A stretch of DNA of 64,000 nt. Origin: Lingula anatina (Eukaryota > Animalia > Brachiopoda). Below are positions 49,443 through 64,000 of this stretch, piece by piece. Below the pieces are notes generated by a model. That model was not told the origin of the DNA. It saw nothing but the letters and a program-made list of their open reading frames with translations, and did no database searches. A program made the position numbers and the translations under genes. Within the stretch, counting starts at the first letter, position 1, and each line of letters begins with the position of its first letter. The DNA lies in NCBI GenBank assembly GCA_051362555.1, contig CM120646.1, positions 18,476,001 through 18,540,000 of the forward strand, in the 5' to 3' direction.

Positions 49443-64000
<14,558 letters not shown>

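Overview
AT-rich, intron-containing animal genomic DNA. The microsatellites, GT-AG introns and calponin, Caspr-type and Ty3/Gypsy content point to a marine invertebrate; the species cannot be fixed from sequence. In order the window holds: (1) two tandem minus-strand paralogues encoding secreted proteins with a Caspr/neurexin-IV-type fibrinogen-like domain and an unrecognised Cys-rich C-terminal domain; one copy carries in an intron a long-TIR foldback DNA element into which an intact Ty3/Gypsy retrotransposon with identical LTRs has inserted; (2) a minus-strand calponin-repeat-only (UNC-87-like) gene lying head-to-head with (3) a ~24 kb plus-strand calponin gene whose five shared exons (CH domain + one repeat) end in a phase-2 donor followed by five phase-2 alternative terminal cassettes carrying 20, 6, 1, 12 and 5 calponin repeats; (4) the 5' part of a signal-peptide protein alternating non-catalytic thioredoxin-like (calsequestrin/PDI-b-like) modules with Cys-free Asp-rich TSP3-like repeats. 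All exon models were derived by hand from splice motifs, phase and paralogue conservation, without transcript data.
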